Shown here piece after piece: positions 20,960-30,140 of a stretch of 64,000 bases of DNA. The stretch is from Spirochaetia bacterium (GTDB taxonomy: Bacteria; Spirochaetota; Spirochaetia; SZUA-6; Bin103): the NCBI GenBank assembly GCA_965203905.1, contig CBDBDQ010000005.1, forward strand, positions 5,600,001 through 5,664,000, read 5' to 3'. A model generated the notes under the pieces. It ran no database searches. It saw only the letters and a program-made list of their open reading frames with translations, and had not been told where the DNA came from. The translations under genes were made by a program, and so were the position numbers. The number at the start of each line of letters is the position of its first letter. Position 1 is the first letter of the stretch.

Positions 20960-22573
20960 GTGATGGGCGCTCCTCAGGCGTGGGCGAGTGAGCCGGCCGC
21001 CGACCCCTTCGCTGCCACGCGGGCGCGGTTCGAGCACCTGCTGCGAATAGCCAACGACGTAGAGACGCGACAGATGAAGCACAGTGACCTGGAGCGACTG
21101 CTGACCAGCGAAGGTCAGGAACTGTTACGGCAACTCTACCAGAACTGTCTTGACCAGCAGGCCGAGGCGCAGGTCAGCGCAGAGGTGGTGGATGCGCAAG
21201 GCCAGCCGCGCACGCGCCAGCGGACCCAGCAGCGCCAGTTGGAGACGATCTTCGGCACCGTCCAGGTAGCGCGCACCGGCTACGGGGCGGAGGGGCAAGC
21301 GAGCCTGCATCCGCTGGATGCGCAGTTGAACCTTCCCGCCGAGCGCTACTCGCTGGAGGTGCGGCGGCGAGTAGCGCTGGAAGCAGCGAAGAACTCGTTT
21401 GACGAGACGGTGGAGACGCTCAATCGCTGCACCGGTGCCAAGATCGGCAAGCGGCAGGTGGAAGAACTGGTCAGTCGGGCGGCGCAGGACTTCGACGCCT
21501 TCTACCAGCAGCGGCGCCAGCAAGCGTCTGCGGAGCAGACGGTCGCCGACCACGGAGCGGTCGAGCCGCAGGCGACTGAGGATGCCCTGCTGGTGATCAC
21601 CAGCGACGCCAAGGGCGTGGTCATGCACCAGCAGGACCTGCGACCTGCCACGCGCGCGGCCAGCGAGCGCACGGCGCGTGGCAAGCTGGCCACGCGCCTG
21701 AGCAAGGGCGAGAAACGCAACCGCAAGCGCATGGCCACGGTGGCGGTCGTCTACTCGGTGGCCGCCCACGTGCGCACGCCGCAGCAGATGCTGGCGCTGC
21801 TGGCGCGCGCTGAGGACGCCGAGCAGCAACGCTCGCCGCCGCGACCGCGACCGCAGCACAAGCGCGTGTGGGCGAGTCTGAAGCAGGAACCTCGGCAGAT
21901 GTTGCAGGAGGCGTTCCGAGAAGCGCGCGAGCGCGATCCGCAGCAGCAGCAGACCTGGGTCGCGGTGGTCGACGGCAACCGGACGCAGTTGGACCTCCTG
22001 GCAGAGCTGGCCGCGCACCACGGGGTGCAGGTGACCATCGTGCTGGACATCTTTCACGTGCTCGAATACCTGTGGAAAGCCGGCCACGCCCTGGAGGCCG
22101 AAGGCAGCCAACGGTTGGAGCAGTGGGTCTTGCAGCGCCTGGGACGTATCCTGGAAGGCCGCGCCCGCTCGGTGGCTGCCGGCATGCGCCGGAGCGCCAC
22201 CAGGCGCCGCCTGACGAAGCGGCAGCGGCGACCGATCGACCAGTGCGCCAACTACCTGCTGAAGTACCAGGGCTACCTGGCCTACGACCGCTACCTGGCC
22301 GCTGGGCTGCCGATTGGCTCGGGCGTCGTCGAAGGCGCCTGCCGGCACTTGGTCAACGACCGCCTTGGCATTACCGGTGCGCGCTGGCGACTACGCTCGG
22401 CCGAAGCGGTACTGCGCCTCAGGGCGCTGCGCAGCAGCGGCGATTTCGACGCCTACTGGACGTTCCACGAGCAGCAGGAGTGGGAGCGTACCCACCGCCA
22501 ACGTTACGCTGAAGGCAACGTGCCGTCGCTGGAACACCCGAACCCCGTGCCGCACCTGAGACTCGTCCGGTAG
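20960..22573 (+). CDS. ISKra4-family (prokaryotic Mutator-like) DDE transposase
   Basis: LETIFGTV, LHPLDAQLNLP, SDAKGVVM, VVDGN, LDIFHVLEYLW, GLPIGSGVVEGACRHLV.DRL..TGARW. Confidence 0.92.
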   Translation: MMGAPQAWASEPAADPFAATRARFEHLLRIANDVETRQMKHSDLERLLTSEGQELLRQLYQNCLDQQAEAQVSAEVVDAQGQPRTRQRTQQRQLETIFGTVQVARTGYGAEGQASLHPLDAQLNLPAERYSLEVRRRVALEAAKNSFDETVETLNRCTGAKIGKRQVEELVSRAAQDFDAFYQQRRQQASAEQTVADHGAVEPQATEDALLVITSDAKGVVMHQQDLRPATRAASERTARGKLATRLSKGEKRNRKRMATVAVVYSVAAHVRTPQQMLALLARAEDAEQQRSPPRPRPQHKRVWASLKQEPRQMLQEAFREARERDPQQQQTWVAVVDGNRTQLDLLAELAAHHGVQVTIVLDIFHVLEYLWKAGHALEAEGSQRLEQWVLQRLGRILEGRARSVAAGMRRSATRRRLTKRQRRPIDQCANYLLKYQGYLAYDRYLAAGLPIGSGVVEGACRHLVNDRLGITGARWRLRSAEAVLRLRALRSSGDFDAYWTFHEQQEWERTHRQRYAEGNVPSLEHPNPVPHLRLVR

Positions 22574-22773
22574 CGCCCCAGCTTTCCACCGCTCACCCGC
22601 GCCCGCCAGCCGCCGCCTGCGTACCGGCTCATCTGCGTCCGTCACGCTCCTGACTTAACTTGCCGTCCGCAGCCCCCATCGCAACGCGGAATCCCCGCCG
22701 TAGCCATGAGTAATACATGCTCTCCCCACCACGCCTATGCCCTCCCCCGCGTCGTCGCAAAAGAGCCGCACCC

Positions 22774-23615
22774 AAATGCTTCTGGACGAATGGATAGACG
22801 CACAACAACGGCACGATTCCCACCACCACCGTAGTCATTTTCAGCGACTCGGGATTGATCTGGCGGCGCCCCATCACCTGGTATACCTCGCTCTGAGCGT
22901 AAGCGCCCAGCAGGATGTGGCGCAGGATGAGCTGCAACGGCCAAAGCGCGTCATCGCTCAGGTAGACCAGCGCATCGAACCAGGAATTCCAGTGCTCCAC
23001 GATGCTGAACATGCCGATCGCCGCCAACGCCGGCGCGGTCAGCGGGGTGATGATCCAGACCAGCATCTGCAGGTGACCCGCTCCGTCGATGCGGGCCGAC
23101 TCCACCAGCCCCTCCGGCAGGTTCTCGATGAACACCTTGATCACCAGCAGTCCGAAACTGTGCCCCAGGAAGGGCAGAATCATCACCCAGAAGTTGTTCA
23201 GCAGCCCCAGGCGCCGCATCACCAGGTAACTGGGGATCAGCCCGCCGGGAAAGATGATCGACGCCAGCACCAGCAGCAGAATGATGCCGCGCCCCGGCAG
23301 GCTGCGAATCGACAGACAGTAGGCTCCCACCAGGGTAAGCACCAGCGCCATGGCCGGCCCTATGGTGCTGCGCAATACCGAGATCATGAACGCGCGCCAC
23401 ACCGCGGTCTGCCCCAGTATCCGCTCGTAGCCCTGCAGCGTCGGCTCCAGGGGGATGATCACGAAGTAGTTGCGCTTGATCAGCTCGGTCTGGGTGGTCA
23501 TCGACATGCCGATCACGTACACCAGCGGGAACACCGCGGTCACGGCGATCAGGGCGACGATCAGGTGTATCGAGACCTGGTAGGCACGTTCGGCCGGATT
23601 CGAGTAGAGGACCAT
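22774..23615 (-). pseudogene. Carbohydrate ABC permease (LplC-like), interrupted 12 codons before its stop by the IS
   Basis: MVLYSNPAER..., PEGLVESARIDGAG (EAA), WNSWFDA, VYPFVQKH then IS sequence; read-through stops at 22629. Confidence 0.88.
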
Positions 23616-23623
23616 GCAGCCCC

Positions 23624-24586
23624 CTACCAGATCCCGCGGCCCGTGTAGCGCCGGGCGACGTAGTTGGCCGCCACCACGGTGAGCAGGCCGAAGAACGACT
23701 GGAACAGGCCCATGGCCGCGCCCAGGCTGAGCTCCAGTTGGCGCAGCCCGACGCGGTAGATCCAGGTGTCGATGATGTCGCCCACGTCGTACACCGCCGG
23801 GTTGTAGAACAACAGCACCTGCTCGCCGCCGGCGTACAGGATGAAGCCGAAGTTCAGGCACAGCACGAACGACACCACCGGCAGGATGGAGGGAAAGGTG
23901 ATGTGGCGGATCCGCGAGATGGGACCGGCGCCGTCGATCACCGCGGCGTCGTAGAGTTCCGGGTCCACGGTGGAGAGCGCCGCCAGGTAGATGATGGTCC
24001 CCCACCCCAGCTCCTTCCAGATCGCCGAGCCGATCAGGATCGGCCGGAACGCGCCCTGGCTGAGCAAGAACTCCATCCGCTCCAGGCCCACGAACACGCG
24101 AATGTTGTTTATCAGCCCGTTGGCGGAGGAGAACACCGCGAACACGATCCCCCAGATGATCACCCAGGAGAAGAAGTGCGGGATGTAGACGATGGTCTGG
24201 GTGGTCTTCCTGAACCACTGGATCGCCATGTCGTGGAACAGGATCGCCAGCAGGATCGGCGGCAGGAACCCGAATACGATGCGCAGCAGGCTGATCTCGA
24301 AGGTGTTGCGGATCACCCGCACGATGCCCCGCTGGCTGAAGATTTCGACGAAGTTGCCCAGGCCGACCCACTCGCTGCCCCACACGCCGCGGCCGATGCT
24401 CAGATCCGTGAACGACACCACCAGCGACAGCCCGATCGGCCAGTAGCGGAACAGCAGGTAGTAGGCCAGCACCGGCAGCAGCAGCAGGTACACGGTGCGG
24501 TGCTCGTTGATGCGCTCCAGGAGGGTCTTCCTGCGGCGTGCCGGCAGCGCCGGCGCCGCCACCGAACTGGCGGGCGTGGCTGGCAT
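23624..24586 (-). CDS. Carbohydrate ABC permease (LplB-like)
   Basis: WVGLGNF, YIPHFFSWVI, WKELGWGTIIYLAAL, ELYDAAVIDGAG. Confidence 0.93.
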   Translation of the reverse strand: MPATPASSVAAPALPARRRKTLLERINEHRTVYLLLLPVLAYYLLFRYWPIGLSLVVSFTDLSIGRGVWGSEWVGLGNFVEIFSQRGIVRVIRNTFEISLLRIVFGFLPPILLAILFHDMAIQWFRKTTQTIVYIPHFFSWVIIWGIVFAVFSSANGLINNIRVFVGLERMEFLLSQGAFRPILIGSAIWKELGWGTIIYLAALSTVDPELYDAAVIDGAGPISRIRHITFPSILPVVSFVLCLNFGFILYAGGEQVLLFYNPAVYDVGDIIDTWIYRVGLRQLELSLGAAMGLFQSFFGLLTVVAANYVARRYTGRGIW

Positions 24587-24804
24587 GAACGTGCCGCATT
24601 CTGCCACGCCCCGCCGGGCCGCGCAAACCGCCGCGGCCGCTGCATCCGCCGCCGCCACCGTTGCCGCGGCAGTGACTTGTCAGCCGTCGACCTGCGGACG
24701 CACGGTGGGGCATGCCGGTCGGTCGGATGCGCAGCGTGTGCATGCGTCGGGTTGCGCCGGTTGCGCCGGTTGGTGCATCGTGCGCGGCGGGATAGGATGG
24801 GCCG

Positions 24805-26373
24805 GTGGACAGACGCCGACTGCCGATCGGCATACAGACCTTTCGCACGCTGCGCGAGGAAAACGCGTACTACGTCGACAAGACACCTTACATCCGCCGG
24901 CTGCTGGACGAAGGCTCGCACTACTTCCTGTCGCGTCCACGGCGGTTCGGCAAGAGTCTGTTCCTGGACACGCTGAAGGAGTTCTTCGAGGGCAGCGAGG
25001 AGTTGTTCGCGGGGCTGTTCATCCACGACCGGCACGACTGGTCCCAGCGTCATCCGGTGGTGCGGCTGGACTTCGCGGGCGGCACATTCAAGGACTCTGC
25101 TGTTCTGGACGAGGACGTAATGCTCCAACTGGAGTATCTGGAGGAAGAAGCGGGCATTCCCGCCCGCCGCGTCAACACGGCGGCGCGCTTTCGCCGTCTG
25201 CTGCAGACGGTGCACCGGAAGACTGGGCGGCGCGTCGTGGTCCTGGTGGACGAGTACGACAAGCCGATCCTGGACGCGCTCGATGAACCGGAGGCGGCGG
25301 TCACCAACCGCGACTACCTGCGCGGGTTGTACGGGATGATCAAGTCCTGTGCGGCACAGGTGCGGTTCACGTTCGTGACCGGGGTGAGCAAGTTTTCGAA
25401 GGTCAACATCTTCTCCCAGTTGAACAACCTCGTCGATATCACCCTGGATCGGCGCTACTCCGGGATCTGCGGCTACACCGAAGGCGACCTCGATATGGTG
25501 TTCGCGCCCGAACTCGCGGGGCTGGACCGGGAGCAGGTGCGGGAATGGTACAATGGCTATCGCTGGCGCGGCGCTGAGAAGGTGTACAACCCGTACGACG
25601 TGCTGCTGTTGTTCGACAGCCGCGAATTCAAGGCGCACTGGTTCGAGACCGGTTCCCCGGCGTTTCTAGTGGACAAGCTGTTCATGCGCCGGGTTTCGTC
25701 GGTTTCTTTGAGCGAGACGGTGAGCACGGAAGACCTGCTGTCAGTGTTCGACGTGGAACACATCGGCACCGAGGCGCTGATGTTCCAGACCGGCTACCTG
25801 ACGATCACCGCGGAAGAACGGTTGGGCGGCACCACGCTGTACCGGCTGGACTATCCAAACCGAGAAGTGCGCGAGAGCCTGAATCGCGTGCTGCTGCGGC
25901 GATTGGTACAGGACACCCGGCAGCAGACGGCCAACAGCAGCAGGCTGGCGCGCCTGTTGGAGACGCACGATTGCGCTGGGCTGAAGGAGCTGTTCCACGC
26001 CTTCTTCGCCAGCATCCCGTACGAATGGTATGCCGCCGACGGTTGTCGGCGGACCAACAACGACATTGCGAAGTACGAAGGCTACTATGCGAGCGTGTTC
26101 TACTCCTACTTCGCGGCGCTGGGGTACGAGATCACGGTGGAAGAATCGAGCAGCCACGGGCGGCTGGACATGGCGGTGCGAACGGGCGGGCACGTATATC
26201 TGTTCGAGTTCAAGGTGGTGGAGATGGCGCCGCCGGGCTCGGCGCTTGTGCAGTTGCGGGAACGGGGCTACGCCGACAAGTACCGGGGCGAGGGCGAGGC
26301 GATTCATCTGATCGGCGTGGAGTTCAGCCGCGAGACCCGCAACGTCACGGCGTTCGAAGTAGCCGACGCCTGA
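24805..26373 (+). CDS. AAA-ATPase-like protein with C-terminal PD-(D/E)XK nuclease
   Basis: LPIGIQTF, YYVDKT, SRPRRFGKS, LVDEYDKP, WYNGY, GRLDM..FEFK. Confidence 0.93.
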   Translation: MDRRRLPIGIQTFRTLREENAYYVDKTPYIRRLLDEGSHYFLSRPRRFGKSLFLDTLKEFFEGSEELFAGLFIHDRHDWSQRHPVVRLDFAGGTFKDSAVLDEDVMLQLEYLEEEAGIPARRVNTAARFRRLLQTVHRKTGRRVVVLVDEYDKPILDALDEPEAAVTNRDYLRGLYGMIKSCAAQVRFTFVTGVSKFSKVNIFSQLNNLVDITLDRRYSGICGYTEGDLDMVFAPELAGLDREQVREWYNGYRWRGAEKVYNPYDVLLLFDSREFKAHWFETGSPAFLVDKLFMRRVSSVSLSETVSTEDLLSVFDVEHIGTEALMFQTGYLTITAEERLGGTTLYRLDYPNREVRESLNRVLLRRLVQDTRQQTANSSRLARLLETHDCAGLKELFHAFFASIPYEWYAADGCRRTNNDIAKYEGYYASVFYSYFAALGYEITVEESSSHGRLDMAVRTGGHVYLFEFKVVEMAPPGSALVQLRERGYADKYRGEGEAIHLIGVEFSRETRNVTAFEVADA

Positions 26374-26426
26374 CGACAGCCATACCGAGCACTCGGCAAC
26401 GCGCGTACATACAATCGTGGCGGTTG

Positions 26427-26579
26427 CGCACCATCGCCATCATCAAGCAACTGCCGGTCCTGCAGTGCAGGACCGGCCGCGAGTACCTGATCGAGGATCC
26501 GGTCATGCAGCGGATCGACGTACTTCTGATGCACGCCGACAGCTCCGCGGAACTGGAGGTTCTTCGGTACGCTGCGTGA
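26427..26579 (+). pseudogene. Remnant of a YgiT-type zinc-finger (MqsA-like) protein
   Basis: RTIAIIKQLPVLQC..REYLIEDPVMQRID..ELEVLRYAA*; the N-terminal CxxC is absent. Confidence 0.65.
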
Positions 26580-26666
26580 CGGTCGGTAGCGCTGCCGGCG
26601 AACGCCGAGCCCTCCGCCCTTGACCAACGGGGCGCTGTGGCGTCCAAGATCGGGCGGGAGGTGTCC

Positions 26667-29600
26667 ATGGAGCCGATTCCGGATCGCCTGATCGTTCTCA
26701 CCTTCGATGACGGCAAGAAGTCGAACGCCACGTTCGTGGCCCCGCTGCTGAGCCGCCACGGGTTCGGAGCCACGTTCTTCATCACCGAGGGGCTGGAGTT
26801 CGCCGACAAGAGCCGCTATATGGACTGGGACGAGATCAAGGCGCTGCACGACGCCGGCTTCGAGATCGGGAACCACCACGGCAACCACGTGGACGTGACC
26901 ACCCAGTCGCGGGAGGAGTTCATCCGCGACCTGGAGCAGGTGGAGCGGAGCTGCGCTGCGCACGGCATCGACGTGCCGACCAGCTACGGCTATCCGGGCG
27001 GCCACCATGACCTGGGCGCGATGGAGGCCCTCGCCGCCAAGGGATACCGCTTCGCCCGCAGGGGGATCTGGCCGGAGCGTCCGGACCACGTCGACGGCGC
27101 CTTCGGGCGCGCCTTCGAGCCCGGCGTCGATCACCCGTTGCTGATTCCCTGCGCCGGGGTGAACGGCGCGTCCTGGGACCTGGCAGACCTGTGCGCCGCG
27201 GCGTCATGCGCCGGCCCCGGGGAAGTGGCGGTGCTCACCTTCCACGGGGTGCCCGACCACCATCCCTGGTGCGACACCGACCCGGCCCTGTTCACGCGTT
27301 TCGTGTCCTGGCTCGCGGCCAACGACTACCAGGTGGTCGCCCTGCGCGACCTGGCTCGCTACGTGGACCCGGACCGGCGGCCGGCCGACCCCTACGCCTC
27401 GATCGAGGCTCGCCGGTGCCTCGAGGCGCGCGAGCTGACCTGCGAATACGCCCCCGACCCGCTCGGCCTGCAGTGCGCCACGCCGCGGTTCCGCTGGACG
27501 CTGGCCAGCGAGCAGCGTGATCAGCAACAGGCTGCATACCAGGTGCTGGTCGCGAGCAGTCCTGAGTTGCTGCAGCCAGGAGCCGCCGACCGCTGGGACA
27601 GCGGCAAGGTGAGCGCTCCCTCGGGGACCGCTGCGACGTACGCCGGGCAGCCCCTGTCCAGCGCCGACACCTGCTACTGGAGCGTGCGCTGCTGGAATGG
27701 CGGCGACCGCGTGGGAGCGTGGGCGGAGCCGGCGCGCTTCGAGCTCGGCCTGCTGCGGGAGACCGACTGGACCGGTGACTGGATCGGCGCCGCCGCCGAT
27801 GTCAGCTCGCCGTTGTTGCGGCGCGAGTTCGACCTGGCAGGTGCGGTGCGCCGCGCCCGCCTCTACGCGGCCGGGTTGGGGTTCGCCGAGCTGTTCGTGA
27901 ACGGCATCCGGCTCGGCGACGCGGTGCTCGATCCGGCGGCTACCGACTACGACAAGCGGATCCTCTACGTCACCCACGACGTGACCGGCCTGCTACGGGA
28001 GGGCGCCAACGCCGTGGGCGCGATGCTCGGCAACGGCTGGTACAGCGAGCCCTCGGCGCACCGCTACGGCGACTCACCGCGGCTGCTGCTGCAACTCGAC
28101 GTGGAGCTGGCGGACGGCACCAGGGTCGCGTTGGCCAGCGGCGCGGAATGGCGCGCGGCGTCCGGTCCGATCACGGCCAACGGCCTGTGGGGCGGCGAGT
28201 GCTACGACGCGCGCCTGGAGCAGGAGGGCTGGACCGAGCCGGGCTTCGACGCCGGCGCCTGGGCGCCCGTGGAGCGGAAGAGCGCGCCCGGCGGCGTGCT
28301 GGAGGCGCAGGAGCTGCCGCCGATCCGGGTGGTGCGCACCCTGCCGCCGCAGGCGGTCACCAATCCGCGCGCCGGCACCTGGGTGTTCGACTTCGGCCAG
28401 CTCTTCGGCGGCTGGGCAAGGGTGCGGGTGCGCGGCGCCCGCGGACACCGGGTGCGCATCACCTATTCGGCGCGCCTGGACCGCGTCACCGGGCTACTGG
28501 ACGAGCGCCACCACGTCAAGGGCGCGGAAACCGACAGCTACGTGCTGCGTGGCGGCGGCGAGGAGAGCTACGCGCCACGCTTCACCTACCACCCGGTGCG
28601 CTACGTGCAACTGGACGACTACCCCGGACAGCCGGCGGTTGACTCGGTCACCGGCTGCGTGGTGCGTTCGGCGGTGGACCTGACGCAGACCTTCACCTGC
28701 TCCGACCCGCTGCTGGAACGGATCCACCGCAACGTGGGCTGGACCTTCAGCAACGGTCTCTACGGGTTTCCCCTCGACTGCCTGCATCGCGAGCACTGGG
28801 GCTGGACCGACCCGGCCACCATCACCTCCACCCTCTACGCCCGTGCCTGGATGCCCCGGTTCTGGAAGAAATGGCTGGCCGACATCCGCTGCGCCCAGGA
28901 CGAGGCGGGCGTGGTGCCGGACATCGTTCCCGACTACCGGCCCTCGGGCAGCAGCCCGAAGAATCCGTTGCGGCGCAAGGGCGATCCCGCCTGGGGCGGC
29001 AACTACCCGCTGCTGGTGTGGTACCTCTACCAGTACTACGGCGACCGGGAGCTGCTGGCCGCCCACTACGACGGGATGTGCCGCTGCGTCGCCGCCCACA
29101 CCGAGATTGCCGAGGAACACCTGGTCACCCACGGGCACTACGGCGACCACATGCTGCCGGGCACCGCCCCCGGCGACGAGGAATTCGTCTCCAGCGAGAC
29201 GCCGCCGGAGCTGCTGTGGAGTGGCTACTACTACCGCGGCGCGGCGATCCTGGCGCAGGCGGCCCAGGTGTTGGGCAAGGAGGAGGATGCGCGTTCCTAC
29301 GCGCTCCTGGCCGGGCAGATCCGCGACGCCATCAACCGCCGCTGGTTCGACTCCGCGGGCGGCCGCTACGCCTCCGGCTCGCAGACCGCGCACGCCTTCG
29401 CCCTGGCGCTCGGCATCGTGCCGGAGGGGCACGCCGACGCGGTGCTGGCGGCGCTGGTGGATACCATCGAACGGCGCCACGGCGGGCGTCTGCACACCGG
29501 CAACACCGGCACTACCTGTCTCATCGACGTGCTCCCGAGTCACGGCCACGGCGCGCTGCTGCACCGCATCGCGACCCAGACCGAGTATCCCGGCTGGGGC

Positions 29601-30140
29601 TACATGGTGCGCCAGGGGGCGACCACGATCTGGGAAAGCTGGAGCCTCGAGAGCGGTGTCGGAGCCGAGGACAGCATGATCATGTGGGGCGCCATCGACG
29701 AGCTGTTCTGGGGCGTGCTGCTGGGGATCCGCGGACCCGACTACTACGGCCCCCGGTTGCTGGCTCCCGGTTTCGCGCGGGTCGAGATCCGGCCCCAGGT
29801 GGTGGGCGATCTCAGCGCCGCGGCGGGCTCGGTCAGGACCGTCCACGGCCGGGTGGCGGTGGCGTGGCGGCGGGAGCCGGAGCAGTTGGTCCTGGAAGTG
29901 TCGCTGCCGCCCGGGGTGCGCGGAAGCGTGAGCGTGCCCAGCCTGGGCCACGCCACGTTCCGGATCGAGGAGCACGGCTCACCGGTGTGGCGGCAGGACG
30001 GCACGGCGGGAGCGGCCGGCCCGTGGCCGGTAACGGGAATCGCCACGGCCTCGCCTGCTGACGAGGCGGTCGTCTTCGAGGTCGGCTCGGGCGACTACCG
30101 GTTCGTGCTGCGGAGCGACACCGGCCAGAGCGGGGATTGA
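26667..30140 (+). CDS. Polysaccharide deacetylase (CE4/NodB) fused to a GH78 alpha-L-rhamnosidase-like glycosidase
   Basis: N-terminal LTFDDG, EIGNHHGNH, YGYPGG, LTFHG; then CEY..DPLG, WDSGKV, FDFGQ, PRFTYH, PLDCLHRE, GATTIWESW, VGSGDYRF. Confidence 0.9.
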   Translation: MEPIPDRLIVLTFDDGKKSNATFVAPLLSRHGFGATFFITEGLEFADKSRYMDWDEIKALHDAGFEIGNHHGNHVDVTTQSREEFIRDLEQVERSCAAHGIDVPTSYGYPGGHHDLGAMEALAAKGYRFARRGIWPERPDHVDGAFGRAFEPGVDHPLLIPCAGVNGASWDLADLCAAASCAGPGEVAVLTFHGVPDHHPWCDTDPALFTRFVSWLAANDYQVVALRDLARYVDPDRRPADPYASIEARRCLEARELTCEYAPDPLGLQCATPRFRWTLASEQRDQQQAAYQVLVASSPELLQPGAADRWDSGKVSAPSGTAATYAGQPLSSADTCYWSVRCWNGGDRVGAWAEPARFELGLLRETDWTGDWIGAAADVSSPLLRREFDLAGAVRRARLYAAGLGFAELFVNGIRLGDAVLDPAATDYDKRILYVTHDVTGLLREGANAVGAMLGNGWYSEPSAHRYGDSPRLLLQLDVELADGTRVALASGAEWRAASGPITANGLWGGECYDARLEQEGWTEPGFDAGAWAPVERKSAPGGVLEAQELPPIRVVRTLPPQAVTNPRAGTWVFDFGQLFGGWARVRVRGARGHRVRITYSARLDRVTGLLDERHHVKGAETDSYVLRGGGEESYAPRFTYHPVRYVQLDDYPGQPAVDSVTGCVVRSAVDLTQTFTCSDPLLERIHRNVGWTFSNGLYGFPLDCLHREHWGWTDPATITSTLYARAWMPRFWKKWLADIRCAQDEAGVVPDIVPDYRPSGSSPKNPLRRKGDPAWGGNYPLLVWYLYQYYGDRELLAAHYDGMCRCVAAHTEIAEEHLVTHGHYGDHMLPGTAPGDEEFVSSETPPELLWSGYYYRGAAILAQAAQVLGKEEDARSYALLAGQIRDAINRRWFDSAGGRYASGSQTAHAFALALGIVPEGHADAVLAALVDTIERRHGGRLHTGNTGTTCLIDVLPSHGHGALLHRIATQTEYPGWGYMVRQGATTIWESWSLESGVGAEDSMIMWGAIDELFWGVLLGIRGPDYYGPRLLAPGFARVEIRPQVVGDLSAAAGSVRTVHGRVAVAWRREPEQLVLEVSLPPGVRGSVSVPSLGHATFRIEEHGSPVWRQDGTAGAAGPWPVTGIATASPADEAVVFEVGSGDYRFVLRSDTGQSGD

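Larger units (their letters stand above)
19856..22773 (+). mobile_element. Complete ISKra4-family insertion sequence (2918 bp) with a DUF4338 passenger
   Basis: TIRs GGGTGCGGCTCTTTTagGACGAC (19856-19878) and GTCGTCgcAAAAGAGCCGCACCC (22751-22773), 21/23 match; 9-bp target duplication AAATGCTTC at 19847-19855 and 22774-22782. Confidence 0.95.

Noticed and set aside
24749-24771. Short tandem repeat GGTTGCGCC
   Set aside because: Only about 2.5 copies in GC-rich DNA; no supportable function.
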